From Epithemia pelagica (lineage: Eukaryota; Protista; Bacillariophyta), in the NCBI GenBank assembly GCA_946965045.2, contig OX337241.1, positions 2,356,001 to 2,420,000 on the forward strand: DNA of 64,000 bases, in the 5' to 3' direction. Numbering within the stretch: the first letter of the stretch is position 1; every line of letters starts with the position of its first letter. The notes under the pieces were generated by a model that did not search any database, was not told the origin of the DNA, and worked only from the letters and a program-made list of their open reading frames with translations. Position numbers and translations under genes: made by a program. Positions 19,870 to 32,600 of the stretch are shown here, piece by piece.

Positions 19870-22800
19870 ATGGGCCAGCGTCGTAAAGTAAAAAAGAAGT
19901 CGCGAAAGAGATGCTCAAATACAAGCCAACAAGAGGAGTCCTTCATATCCTTTCAAGTGTGTCGTTTCTGTCAATCACGTTTCGATGCAAGAGGAATCAG
20001 CCGTCACGAAACAGTTTGTGAATTGAAAATGAACACCCAAAGGAAATGGCCAAATGTTGGCGATGACAACAATGATTGTGCCAGTAATATGAATGCTGAT
20101 CCAATGAATATTGATATCATGGACGATGAAACCACTATTCCGCATGCTGACCCACCAAAAGCATACTATGTACCTGGTGATACAGATAATATTATTCTGC
20201 GCAACAGCAAGGAGTGCCCGGTTGATTTTCCTGCGTTCCTCGATAGAGATGGGAAGCAATTGAAACTTCATAAACACGATGCAGCCTTGGTCTCACTTAT
20301 GATGTTACTTCGGAAAGCTGGTTGCCCCAAATATTTGTACAATTCGATCCTGGCATGGTCGAGTGACACATACTCAAGATGCGGTCCTGGGTTCTTCCTG
20401 GACAACCATTCAAAGAGGAAAACGTTCATCGAAAAGTTTTCTTCCAAAGGTTTCAATTATCCCAAGGCCAAATTTTTCCCGGTACCAATGGAATTCACCC
20501 AAAAACAGGGTGTGGTTGTACCAGAGAGTGAGAAATCAATAACAACACCAGTATTTGATTTGATCAGTCAACTACAGCGTGTATTACAAGATCCCGATGC
20601 AACCAAGAAAGAAAATACGATCCTCGATGATGACGATCCGTATCGTCCATATGTTCCAAACAAGCACATCCAAAATATACAAGACGGAGAAGTATTTCGG
20701 AAAACAGTGGAAAAATATAGAGATGATCCAGATGCCTTCGTGGTTGGTCTTGTCTGTTATATGGACAAAACACATGCAACAGGGGATGGAAGATATACAT
20801 CGGAGCCTGTTGTAATGGTGCCATCTTTTCTAACGGAAACACAAATGAGGAAAGCAAGGCGACAGATCATCCTTGGGACTATTACAGACATGGAAAGAAA
20901 ATCATCAGCGGCAAAACATATCCTCGATAAAGGGACTCCTTGCCGAAATTATCATGCTCAATTGACTAAGATCCTCGAAGGTCTTGTCAGTATCCAAAAA
21001 CAGGAAGGTTTATGGATGAAACTACGTCTCCATGGGATTATCAAAGTTGTCCGTTTGATATTGCCAATGATTGTTGTCAAAGGAGACGGGAAGTCTCAGG
21101 ACAACCTTGCAGGTCGGTATGCCTCGCATCATCCAAGTGTTGGAAGACTATCATGGTGTTGCAACATTAAACCAAGGGATAGCAGATACCCATGGCATGA
21201 ATGTTCTTATATCAATGCTGCAAGTACATACAAAATGTGCTTGAATGCATTGGGTCTTAATGAAAATCGAGAAAAACTGACTGAACAGGATGTTGATTAC
21301 CAAGAGAGAGACAATGATACATTTTCGACTTTGACTGTTCCTACCTGTTTGAGCACATCGCAAGTAAGTCAAGAAAATAGCAGAGATGGAGGGGTCAATA
21401 CCCTTGTGTCAGCTGCAAAAACCCAATTGCATGACATGGGACAATATGCAGTCGATCTTTGTTTTTCCAAGGTTTACCTGGGTGAAGGAACCAATTCTGA
21501 ACATGGGATTTTCTCGGCCAGTAGTTGTGATGTTCTTCATACATTGAAATCTGGGATAATGAGATACATCATGATTGACTTTTTCACGTTGATGACAAAA
21601 ACTGAACGGGCCATGTTTGATTATGTCTACAATTCAATCTTTCGGGCAAGTAGACAGACTGTATTCTCGTATTCATCGAAACTTGGATATCCCGGAACAT
21701 CATTCTCGACCGGGATCAGTAACCTGTCAAAAGTAACTGCCAATGAGTGGGTTGGGATCATGTTTGCTTCAGCAGCTCTATGTGCCACTGCCAGAGGTCG
21801 CCTTATATTCGCGAAGAATATGGCAAAGAAATGGAACAAGGTGGTTGCGGAATGGAAAAAACGACAAGCAAAGCAAACATCCAAAACCACCAACAAGACA
21901 TGTCAAGCGGACTTGGATCAAGTGCAAGAGACAAGTGAACCTATTGCTGACAATGAGGATGATACTCCACCAGATGAAGAGTACGAACGTACACGTCTTG
22001 ATGATGATGATAGTGTTGACATTGATATCACAGCTGAAACTGTTTTTGATGATGACCCAGTTGCTTACAGGTCTATCTGGGATGTTGATGAGCGGGAACC
22101 ATACATAGACTTCCTGCATCTATTCGAGACTCTTTTGTGTTTCAACAGCTGGATTCGTATGGATACATTCTGGGAAACAGACCCTGACTCACAAGAAGGA
22201 CAAACAACAGCATCCAAGTCTCTCGAATCAGTGCGGATTTTGATGGATGGCATCAGGAGATATGCACCCAGGCTCGATAAAAAAGGCAAATTGATGTCCA
22301 ACGGGTGGATGATACCAAAATTCCACAATCTCATACACATTATACAACAGATTCAGAATTTTGGACCAGCACGACTGCTTGATGTGGAGTCAGAGGAAAG
22401 TAATCATAAGGAAATTGTGAAATTGAATGCAAAAACGGTACAGAAACGTGGAAAAGGAATTTTTGAGTCGCAACTTGCAGAAAATATCTGGTGGATGCAA
22501 AGCTTGGAAATGCTGCAGGAAGCAACAGGTCTTGAAGAAGATCATGTCACCTTTCTCCAGGAAGGGAAGTCGCCTTATGAAATAAGGAGAAAAAAGGGAT
22601 CCCAAAACCAACTCCCTACCACATCAACCTCGAATAGCCGTGGAACGGTCATAGTAGTATCCATGACCAGAGAAAAATGTTTGATTCCAGTACCTCACAC
22701 GAACGTACATACTTCTGGTGATAATCAAGACCAGTCATCAGATGAAATAGACAAGGATCTTCCGTCTCCATTGGGTATGTCGATTCAAGTTCCAGGCACG

Positions 22801-23727
22801 ACCAGAAAAGAACAAGACGGATCAAACCGAAACCAGACGAGTAGTGTACACAGGCGATTGACAGCAGCACCACACGAGGAGGATGTGGTATCAGTGAATA
22901 TCGAATTCCATTCCAAAACAAATCATGACATGACATTGCCACAGTTTTGTAATCACTTCTTTCGATTACATTACAAACGCTTTTTTCATCATATAGACGG
23001 GATGAGTGATGATCCAACAAATGAGACTTCAACCACACTGGAATTGTTTGGGAGCACAGAACTTAAGTTCGAAGACCCCAGGATAGGAAATATACGGGCT
23101 CATCCGAATTATCAAAGCGAGGGGCCATGGAGAGATAGGGTGATGGCTAAAGTTCCAAAGAAAAAAAGGAAACCTCTTGATGAGGTATACAACCAGCCTC
23201 TCGGAGAATTTGATACCATCCTATGTCAAACGATATGCTTCATTCAAATACCCATTACTCGAACAGACCACATACAAATGCAACCATCACCGGTATGTCA
23301 ACCTTCAACTTCACCCGAGATGACCCATGTCCTTCTCCGAACAACATATGTACGGAGTACAGCTGATATCGAGAAATCATCCGTTCTCTTTCAAAAATGG
23401 CGTAAGCGTTTTGACCTACATCGAATAGCTGAAATTGTCATGGTTCCACTCCGGAATATTGTTGAGGTTGTTGGTGTAGTGGATGAGAACCCAGAAATAA
23501 TTCAAGACCGTGATTCTATCCCAACATATTTCCATTCTTCACTTGAAAAAGATTTACTCCAAGAAGACAGTCGTAATTTGAGAAACTTTAGTGACAATGT
23601 CTGGGCCGTACGCAACATCAAAGAATGGGCTTCCGAATTCAATGAAAGTGCCCGTGACAATCTCGAGAAACGCTGTAATGAAATGAAAGAAAGATTGAAA
23701 CAATCCGTTAGCAATTCGACGTCATGA
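19870..23727 (+). CDS. Plavaka/CMC-type DDE transposase, 1285 aa
   Basis: N-terminal CxxC..HxxxC finger; YMDKTH (D1), GDGKSQD (D2), CDVLH (CxxH), IPKFHNLIH, ESEESNH (E) and RAHPNY...PWRD. Confidence 0.8.
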   Translation: MGQRRKVKKKSRKRCSNTSQQEESFISFQVCRFCQSRFDARGISRHETVCELKMNTQRKWPNVGDDNNDCASNMNADPMNIDIMDDETTIPHADPPKAYYVPGDTDNIILRNSKECPVDFPAFLDRDGKQLKLHKHDAALVSLMMLLRKAGCPKYLYNSILAWSSDTYSRCGPGFFLDNHSKRKTFIEKFSSKGFNYPKAKFFPVPMEFTQKQGVVVPESEKSITTPVFDLISQLQRVLQDPDATKKENTILDDDDPYRPYVPNKHIQNIQDGEVFRKTVEKYRDDPDAFVVGLVCYMDKTHATGDGRYTSEPVVMVPSFLTETQMRKARRQIILGTITDMERKSSAAKHILDKGTPCRNYHAQLTKILEGLVSIQKQEGLWMKLRLHGIIKVVRLILPMIVVKGDGKSQDNLAGRYASHHPSVGRLSWCCNIKPRDSRYPWHECSYINAASTYKMCLNALGLNENREKLTEQDVDYQERDNDTFSTLTVPTCLSTSQVSQENSRDGGVNTLVSAAKTQLHDMGQYAVDLCFSKVYLGEGTNSEHGIFSASSCDVLHTLKSGIMRYIMIDFFTLMTKTERAMFDYVYNSIFRASRQTVFSYSSKLGYPGTSFSTGISNLSKVTANEWVGIMFASAALCATARGRLIFAKNMAKKWNKVVAEWKKRQAKQTSKTTNKTCQADLDQVQETSEPIADNEDDTPPDEEYERTRLDDDDSVDIDITAETVFDDDPVAYRSIWDVDEREPYIDFLHLFETLLCFNSWIRMDTFWETDPDSQEGQTTASKSLESVRILMDGIRRYAPRLDKKGKLMSNGWMIPKFHNLIHIIQQIQNFGPARLLDVESEESNHKEIVKLNAKTVQKRGKGIFESQLAENIWWMQSLEMLQEATGLEEDHVTFLQEGKSPYEIRRKKGSQNQLPTTSTSNSRGTVIVVSMTREKCLIPVPHTNVHTSGDNQDQSSDEIDKDLPSPLGMSIQVPGTTRKEQDGSNRNQTSSVHRRLTAAPHEEDVVSVNIEFHSKTNHDMTLPQFCNHFFRLHYKRFFHHIDGMSDDPTNETSTTLELFGSTELKFEDPRIGNIRAHPNYQSEGPWRDRVMAKVPKKKRKPLDEVYNQPLGEFDTILCQTICFIQIPITRTDHIQMQPSPVCQPSTSPEMTHVLLRTTYVRSTADIEKSSVLFQKWRKRFDLHRIAEIVMVPLRNIVEVVGVVDENPEIIQDRDSIPTYFHSSLEKDLLQEDSRNLRNFSDNVWAVRNIKEWASEFNESARDNLEKRCNEMKERLKQSVSNSTS

Positions 23728-23922
23728 TCATAATTTGCCTCTATGGGGGGTTGTCACATACCAGCACTCCCCTCCTAATCTCCCCCCCAAACGTACGCGA
23801 GCCGACCAATTCAACTCAGAGTGTCACACACAAATTGGATGAAATAGTAGATACTTTCCATCGTTTTCCAAAAGTCATCCTCAGTCTTCAGTCAGCAAGG
23901 CTATTCTACTCCTCTTCAAACA

Positions 23923-25050
23923 ATGATCAACCCATACAAATCGAGGAAGAAAACAGTTCCACCCTTGGTGGTCAAACCAAACTTTCCAGTCACAAAGATA
24001 CCTCCATCTAATGAAGAAATGATGATCAACCCATACGAGTTAGAGGAAATAGAGACCCCCATGGTCAAAACGCACTCTCCAACCCCGAAAACTTGCGACG
24101 GTGAACATGACAAGAAGCCACCGCCTGCGTCCAAATCAATAATCAAATGTCATCCACTTCCGTCTTCTAAGCTTGATACCAAGGAAGAAGAGGAGAAGAA
24201 ACTTCCACCAATCAAGCGCCCATCGTATCAGTTGATCCCAAACCCATATAAGAAGAAGCTCAAGGTTGCCGATCCATCTACTATTCCAATCTTGCTATTA
24301 CATGACTCTCCTCCAATGTGTAAACCAAGAGCAAACCGAGATAAGCTGCATCTCGAAGTTATTCGGTTCACTGAGCTTGTCAATAAAATCTATGGATCCA
24401 ATGATGTTCCCCCAGAGCCAGTCTGTCCTTGGTGTTTTGTAACCGACAACCTTTCAACAGATCGTAGACTTACAGGAAAATGTTGGCATCACTTCGGTAA
24501 ATCTCTCTCATGTGCCGATTGTTGTTATGGTTGTGGAGTGCCCATGAACGGATGTGATTCAGGTGGGAATGAACGTTGTTGCACCGAAGCCCTGTATATC
24601 CATGATTCGATGAATATCACACGCGAAGAATCAGACATAAACAAGGTTCCATTGGTGTGTAAGTCTTGCTTAAGGCCATGCAATTCTTATTCAGAATGCG
24701 TCTTCTCGCATGGTTGTTGGAACTCTTGCAACAAGTACTTCGTCTGGCGATTCTGTCATATTGCTGGACGGGCGTTGGTGTACTCACAATTGAAGCCCAA
24801 TTGCAAAGGACCAGGCACGATTCCCAAACATGCACAGGATATTATCAAAAACGCAACAGAGTTGATGTACAACGAACTGCGAGATCCGATGGAGTCTTCT
24901 CAGTACACATCTCCATTTTGTCATGTTCTTGACCAAGACTCCTGGTCTAAATGGCTTGTCTCCATGTCTTTCGGTCGATACTACAATTACATGCCGTTCT
25001 TCCGTCATTGTTACACAGCCTTGATGTCTTCATCGAAACCATTGTATTAA
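23923..25050 (+). CDS. Cys-rich transposon cargo protein B, 375 aa
   Basis: Intact ORF with NPY repeats, many CxxC pairs, NKYFVWRFC and WSKWL...NYMPFF. Confidence 0.65.
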   Translation: MINPYKSRKKTVPPLVVKPNFPVTKIPPSNEEMMINPYELEEIETPMVKTHSPTPKTCDGEHDKKPPPASKSIIKCHPLPSSKLDTKEEEEKKLPPIKRPSYQLIPNPYKKKLKVADPSTIPILLLHDSPPMCKPRANRDKLHLEVIRFTELVNKIYGSNDVPPEPVCPWCFVTDNLSTDRRLTGKCWHHFGKSLSCADCCYGCGVPMNGCDSGGNERCCTEALYIHDSMNITREESDINKVPLVCKSCLRPCNSYSECVFSHGCWNSCNKYFVWRFCHIAGRALVYSQLKPNCKGPGTIPKHAQDIIKNATELMYNELRDPMESSQYTSPFCHVLDQDSWSKWLVSMSFGRYYNYMPFFRHCYTALMSSSKPLY

Positions 25051-25111
25051 ACAAACTCTCGACTTCTTCGAAAGGCAAACTGGGAACAGATAACAAGATT
25101 TATAATATATG

Positions 25112-26068
25112 TCAATGATCATTACCATCCATATTTCCACGTTCCAACTCCGCCGTCTCAGCCATTCTTTCGAGACAATTACGGAAGCACCTGACAAAGA
25201 GTGGCATGTAGTTGCGAAAACCAGCCGTAGAATGAGGCAACGAAAGCAACCATACTGCCCATGTTTTATCAGATGCTCGGGCATAATCGTATGGGGCACA
25301 ATCGTTATCATCAAAATAGAAACGGGATCGCAATTCCTCACGCCAAACGCTGCGGACAATAGTAAACATTGGCCAGGTGATTTGACGGGGAAAGTTCACA
25401 CCATCGTAGAAAGATGTTATTTGAAAAGTACGCGCCACAATATGGCGTATGAGCATACAGAACTGCCACACGAAGTGCTTGTTCTCAGATTCCACACAGA
25501 CACTGCATGAATCCAAATCTGGTTGTGGAATCCCAAAAGGTATTGAGCGTTCGGGAATTCGGAAACATTCCCTACACACCTGACAATGAAATGTTGGATG
25601 CCTGTGGCGGTGACATAAGTTACAACGCATCAAAAAATTCTGCTGCCAGATAACTGAATAATCGAGATATGCCGCACGTGTTACCACTGTAGTATTTCCA
25701 TGATTGCACTGGTGATGTGGTGTGGGACGACCAAGGATAACACAGTATGGACAGAGTTTCTCACCTCTAAGCATTTCGTCCACCAACCGTTTGAATTCAG
25801 TCTGGATTTCATGACCGACACGCATCTCTTCTCTGAGTTGTTCTATGACTTGTGGTACATCTTCTTCTTCATTATCGTAATCAAAAAAGATCCTCCCAGC
25901 GTCCCTGAAACAAGGCCGATCATTCACTTCCAAGTTCCTGTCGTTGATCGCCCGCATTTCTCGTCGTCGTCTACGTTCCCGAACATAAAAATCTTCTTCC
26001 TCCGATTCTTCTTCCTCCGATTCATCTCCCGATTCATCCTCCGGTTGGTCCTCTGGATTGTCAGCCAT
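25112..26068 (-). CDS. Cys-rich transposon cargo protein B', paralog of 23923-25050
   Basis: First ATG at 26068. Acidic N-terminus, CxxC pairs, NKHFVWQFC and WAVWL...NYMPLF. Confidence 0.65.
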   Translation of the reverse strand: MADNPEDQPEDESGDESEEEESEEEDFYVRERRRRREMRAINDRNLEVNDRPCFRDAGRIFFDYDNEEEDVPQVIEQLREEMRVGHEIQTEFKRLVDEMLRGEKLCPYCVILGRPTPHHQCNHGNTTVVTRAAYLDYSVIWQQNFLMRCNLCHRHRHPTFHCQVCRECFRIPERSIPFGIPQPDLDSCSVCVESENKHFVWQFCMLIRHIVARTFQITSFYDGVNFPRQITWPMFTIVRSVWREELRSRFYFDDNDCAPYDYARASDKTWAVWLLSLPHSTAGFRNYMPLFVRCFRNCLERMAETAELERGNMDGNDH

Positions 26069-26660
26069 TCTGTTTGCAGTCTCCTTCTCTTCGTTTTGCT
26101 GTGAATGCAAATACCTGTACTTGTTGCTTCTTCTTTGGATTTTTATGAAACCTCCGCTGTCATATGAACGAGAGTTCAACTGGAAATAGATCCACGGATA
26201 ACCGATCGGTCGCGTTTGTGTACAGAAATCGTCACACTATACTATTCACTGTGAGTATTACCACATACTGTGAGGATAAGTGTAATCATTCCCAACATGG
26301 TCGCGTTTCACTCGCTGGGCTGACCTATCGGTGTGGCTTTGCAAAATTCCATGGACATGGAACAATGACATGCTTCTAGAACTCGAATGGCTCCAAATTT
26401 TCGTATAGACCATTTGGGTATCATTTGCATGGACGGTAAAGGCTCTGAATTTGTCTATCATCAACCAAAAGACTTGCAATAGACCCTACCGGTGTGGTGT
26501 TGCCGTCGTCCCAAAATTCTATGGACATGGAGCAAAGACATTCTTCTAGAAATCGAATGGCTCCAAATTTTCTAGAGACCCTTGGGGTATCATAGGCATT
26601 GATTGATGGTAGGTAGTGGTTTTGCTGATAGGTGGGCATGGTCTTGTATATTAGAAATCT

Positions 26661-29600
26661 CTATTCGTCACTAGATTTCTGGCCCGACGCCAAGCCTCCA
26701 ATTTCATGAGAATTGTCATCCTCGTTTTGTGTTACGGTAGCACTCAAAGATCTTGCATTTGTGCTAAAAAACCAACCAATCGTATGATTTCCCACATTCT
26801 TGTCTTTCGGTGGTATGGAGTGTGTATGGACAGATGTTCCATGTCTGATGATTCTCCCGTCCCATGCGATCGCAATGCCATGGAATAACCGGATACAAAG
26901 CCCATGATAAGTCTTGTCCTTATGCTTTATAAGGACATTGGGAAGGACGAAATACCAATTGTTGGTGCTGCCTGGGTTGGTTTCTGTCCAGATTGTAAAG
27001 GACACTGATGCATCATGAATATCATAGTGGCTTGCATTCATCAAATCGCAACTCGAAATGATGGATGATGACACACCCCTTTCGTTTCCTCCCAATTCGT
27101 TTGGGACATCCAAACCGAAGTTTGTTTCCAGGTGTCTGAAAGCCGATAACACACCAGGGAATTTCCTCTCACAGAATCGCCGAACACCTCCACAGATTTT
27201 TGGCAATATATTCATCATGTTTGGAGATATTTTGAAAAGTTTGTCAGAAAAGAATGTACTTCTGCCACCCGTTTTTGTGCACACACCAACAGATGTCATA
27301 GTCCCCATATCACCATGGTTACACCTTGCATTGGCTGATCTCTCTAGTGTACCGCTCTGCGCGAAGTGACATGACCTCTTGTGTAACAATGAAAGTAGGT
27401 TTTTGTCATTTTGCTGAAGTGTTGTCACTTTGACATGGCTGATGGTTTCGTTTTTACCCGCGTACCCACGTGTCCGAACAATGAATGTTGTATCTTCTCC
27501 GGTATCCCTTACATCAAACAGGAGCGGACGGACCGAAGTATCAGGCGGAGGGGACAGGTTTCTATACAATGCTCCATGGACGTACTTTCGGCATCCAGTC
27601 TTGTTAGCACTGGCTTTATTCAGCAGTGTTTCACGATACCACACTCTAAGAGAATGTTGGTCATTTGGTGTCATTTTTGGTCTGGACTTTTCACTTGTGT
27701 AATGATCAGGGGCCCAAAGTGGAGAACCACTTTCAACATCAGACGCTTGGTAGCATTCATGGACAACTCTCTTTGCACTTTGTGTCCAATCAATACACCA
27801 ACACTTGACAACCTTTTTGAGGAATGCCCCACCACTTGGTTGGCCGTCGGAATGTCGTAAGCGCAGCCAGGATATAGGTAGTGCTACCAAAGATGAAGTG
27901 CATTCCGATGTTGCATACCCAGTATTCATTATCATTGCCGAAGTATAAAAAATACCGGCCAAAGGGATGATAACGATCACGTCATGGAAAATATGGTCCA
28001 TACAATCATCACAGTTTTTCTTGGATGTGCGACAATGGAAGATTGTATCGTCAAACGCAGACCACACGGTTTTGGGGTATTTCCGATGTCCCTTATGTCG
28101 TTGACAGCGATTCAGTACACATTCTACCAAGAAGGCACATGGAGACCGGGTTGTTAAGAACTTCGGGTCACATTCTGTCACATGAAGCTTGTTGTCTTCG
28201 AAACAACAATGGCTTGCTGGATCTTCCGTCACCTCACCAACCATGTCTTTCATTTGTTCGTATATGTTAGGTAATTTTCCCATGATTGTTTGGAGGTCTG
28301 TTGGTGTGATGTCGTAGTCTTTCAGAACCTTTGTATAGCAGATGCCGAACATTCTCCGATCATCATTGCTACTGAGACAGAGTGATAGTAAGTCGCGTAG
28401 TCTTTTTGCTACCTTGTCCATGTCAGGAATTCCAAAAAAACACATTTCTGTATGATCGGATTCATTTGGTTTGGAGAATTTTGTCGTCAAATGGCTAGGT
28501 TTCTCAGCCTGTCGTCTCTTATACTTCTTCATCGTTTCATGTGTTAGTGTCAACTTCGATAGGCCCTCTTGTCGTCGTTGCTTGTTCGTGGGTAGTCCCC
28601 TGGATGAACCAATGGTCTTACATTCTTTTCTTTTCCTTTCCGGTGAAGTATTCTGTTCGTCAGTATCGTCATGATTACCGTGTATTGGAGACTTGTGAAT
28701 CTCCTTCGTACCTCGTTCGTCTTGTATGCGCTGATCCGTTTGTGTTGTCGTGTTGATGCTACTTCCCTTGTTATGGTCGTTTTTTGTCATTTGGTCATCG
28801 TTGTTCTTGTTGCTACCTTTTTGTTTGTCTGTACTATCCTTTCCTTCTTTGGTTTGTGTCGCATCATCTTGGTTGACACTGTCATTGTGACAGCTAGACG
28901 GATTATCACTGTCAGGTGTGTTGTTGGCATTCTTAGACCCGTTCTCTCCAGAATTTCCGTGTTGTTCGTAAGCAACAATCTCTTGCTTGCCACATTCCTT
29001 GCCCTTTTGTTTGTCTGTAGAACCGTTGCCATCTCTGCTTTGTATCTCTTCTCCTTGTCCACATTCATCTTGGTGACTGGAGGTTGCTTTCTGACCGCTC
29101 TGTCTGTTCCGATCATCCCTCTCCTGATTGTCCTTGGAATTCCAACCAAGTTTGGATAGGCCATCCTGCCCTCCACGACTCGCTGTAGTGTGATGAATGT
29201 CCTTTTCTCTCTCTCTACGAGGTGATTGATTTGGTTGACTATTACCTCTATCAGTTGAGGGACGGTTAGGCTCTCTCTGACGGGTACGCCTAGAATGATC
29301 GTTGTGTCCAGGATGACTGTCTCTAAGTGACAAATGGTGCCTGGAATGTTCGTTGTATCCAGGGAATCTCTCCCAATCCATCGGATCCATCGGATGTCGA
29401 TTAGACCATTGATTGTGGCTATCTCTATATACCGAATGGTGCCTTGTATGTTCTCTCGAATGTTCGTTGTATCCAGAGAATCTCCTCCAATCCATCGAAT
29501 GTCGATTAGACAATTGATTTTGATTATCATGTCTTCTTTTTCTATCCCGGTAAGTGTTTTCCATGATTTGATCTCTTCTCCCTCTAGACTCGTCTTGGTG

Positions 29601-32600
29601 GTTATCATGGTATCCATGTTGGTCTTGTTGCTCAATGACTCCTCTTCTAGTTTGTTGGTTATCTTGATCGAAATGTGAATGACGAGACCCATGATAATCC
29701 GATGTATTAGATCCTCTCGATCCTGGATGATCATCATTGAATCGATTCTGTCCATGCTTACAATACACTGGCCTGTCATGTTCAGGTAGCGAACCCCACT
29801 CATTTGTTCTGGGGCTTCGAGTTGTCGACAGGACGTTGTTCTGATTCCGTCCACCCCACAGCCCATATGGATTCTCTCTCTTGTCCTTGGTTCTTTCGTT
29901 ATCATGTTGGGTTTGCTCTGTTCTATGTCTTTCTTCAGGCAGCTCACTCCGGTTACCCCAATTTGCAGGCATTGCAACGGAACGTGATGAGTTATTTCCT
30001 CCCCATTGCTGGTATTTAGGCTTCTCACCCTCTGGTGACTGATAGATTGCTTTGTGTTCAGAAGGATGAGTATATGTTCTTTGAACAGAACGTGTCATAG
30101 GACAGAAGTACAATAGACTTTGAATATCCTGGCTGCACACCATACATGTGTTGTGGCCCCGCTGCATCCAATCTCCAACACATTCCCGACAAAATGTATG
30201 TCTACAAAGAAACAGTTCGCAATCCACTTTTCTGGTCATACAAATCGAACAAACCTCGGGCTTGTATTTTGTCTCAACTCCTCTTTGTTCTAGTGTTGAT
30301 GGCTTGTTACTCACGGGTGATTTTTTTGATGATTCTTCAGGGCGTCCCTCAATCGTAGTTGTAGTGTCTTTGACTGTTTTCCTATGTCCCTCTTCAGGGA
30401 ATCCCTCGCTCGTAGTTGTAGTGTCTTCCGCTGTTTTCTTGTGTCCCTCTATCTTCTCCGCACCAAACATGTGGATGTTACTCTTGATCTTTTGTCCACA
30501 CTGGGGACACCATACATTATGATACTTGAACCGTATTCGTAAGCAATTTCCGTGAACCAGATGTCCACATGGGATGAGGGTACAGACTTCGCTGTCTGTA
30601 TCTGTTTTCAATGCCCTGTTACAGCATACACAAGAATCTGGACAATATACAACGGTCGGTAGCAATCGATTTATATCTCTCTTGGAAAGTTTGGAGTCAA
30701 GTAACACCTCCTTGGGTTCTAATCCCACCCTCGGGCACGGTATGAACAATATGTCACCATCCGTAGTCCACGTCTCTGAACACCCACCATCAGATAGATC
30801 GACGTTCTCCTGGTATTCGTATTTATCGGTACCACGTGAAAACCCCACTTCAACAGGATCGTCGTCGCTGTTGCCATCGAAATTGTCAGGTCCCAACACC
30901 AAAGGAGAAATCGAATTGCCTTCAACAGCATGCTCTAGTCCTCTCGAAAATTCATTATTGTACCGTATTTGATTACTCGAAAAACAATTGGATATCGTCA
31001 TACTCTTGTCTATCTGACCTTCTTTCCGACCCGGGTTTGGTCGACTACTCATTATGTTTCCAAGCATTCTGATCACAATAGCTTGTGGCATTGGCTTTGG
31101 AGTATCCTTCTTAGGTTCTGGCATTTTCACAATGCGATATCGCCACTTGTTACATTCCTTGTTTGTATCATGTGTTGTTTCATCTTCTTCCACTAATGAT
31201 GGGTCATAACATAGACTGACAGGCGGGGCACCTTTTGACGTATTGACCAGGTCCCATTTCCGTAGTACATGACGCGTCGTTCCTTCCCAGTATTGGTCTG
31301 ATCGATTATGTATTGGTTCGTAGATATGAAGTATCTTTTTGTCGATTTCGAAAGCCAATAAAGCTGGGTCGCTGACATCAGTTGCTGTTGTCAAGGCAAT
31401 GATCGCCAATATCAGTGTGTTCGGATCCTGTTGTCTCCATGATGACATAGGAATTTTCTTAGGAAATGGGTTCCTGTTTGCTTCATCAAATGTTACTTTG
31501 TCAACATATACTAGGTTCTGATGGTTGTGATGGACCATCAATTTCAAACAAGTATAGAAAGACTCAATCGGCATGCCCGTCCTTGAAGTGTTGTAGCAAA
31601 GATCTCTCCGACGATGTCTATGTGGGATATGCAAAACACGCGTTGTAGGGTCCTGGTCATTCATCAACCCACTGTAAGACATGCATAGTGTGCACCTAAA
31701 TAATGTCTTGATTTCGACATGCGTGTTGTCCTTCCCCATACTCTTAGCATACTGGGTTGCTAGCTTCATGGCCGACTTGATGTTCTCGTTGTTTCTGTTA
31801 GTTTGTTTTTCCGCGAACTTGTCCAAGTAACCGTCACCAATGTTGTCGATTGATTCATTCGAGTCCCATGAGTCTTTTCTTCTCTTCTGGTTTACTATAG
31901 GATCAAGAACGTGTGGAATTTCAATGAAAGGCTGTGGTACCACACCATCACCTGTCTCCTCAATTCCCTTGTTTATGGAAGCACAACGTCTCTAAGACAA
32001 ATAGATCAATCATTTTTGAGATTGTCTAATCCTTCTCGATTCTTGGCAAGTCGCTCGAACATCTTACCTCGTTGTCTGCGGTTTTTTCATTGTCGTCGCT
32101 TATAATCTTCCTGACCTCTTCCACACGGTCTGATTTGAGGGCAACTTGGTTCGACGTTGTAATGGAAGTTGGTAGTACTTGATCCTTTTTCTCGTCAGTA
32201 GGATCATTACCAGCGACGACCTTCTGTCTCTTTTTTGCCGGCGAGTCTATACTCCGACGTTGCACGGCAATTTCTTTCGATTTCCTGGCAGACAGTACCT
32301 CTTGTTTTTCTATATAATGCAGTAGATCGTAGAACATACCGCCATCGTCTCCGTTTCTTCCATATTGTACCAAAGAATCTCTTTCTTCAAGGTACATCTT
32401 GAACCATGTGTCAGGCATCGTATACAACAGTGCTTTCTCCATTTGGATATTGGAAATCACGTCCATGTTCTCGTCCGATGTCGATTCTGAGATGAAACGG
32501 TGTATGGCCACCATATGTTCGATAACCCATGCGATTTTACCAACAGGTACGAGACGCGGTTTCCTGTAAAGGGAGGAATCATCTAGAAGGTATCGTTTCA

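Noticed and set aside
28787-30028. 413-aa alternate-frame ORF within the RING-TET gene
   Set aside because: Overlaps a repetitive low-complexity part of the main ORF on the same strand and has no independent motif.
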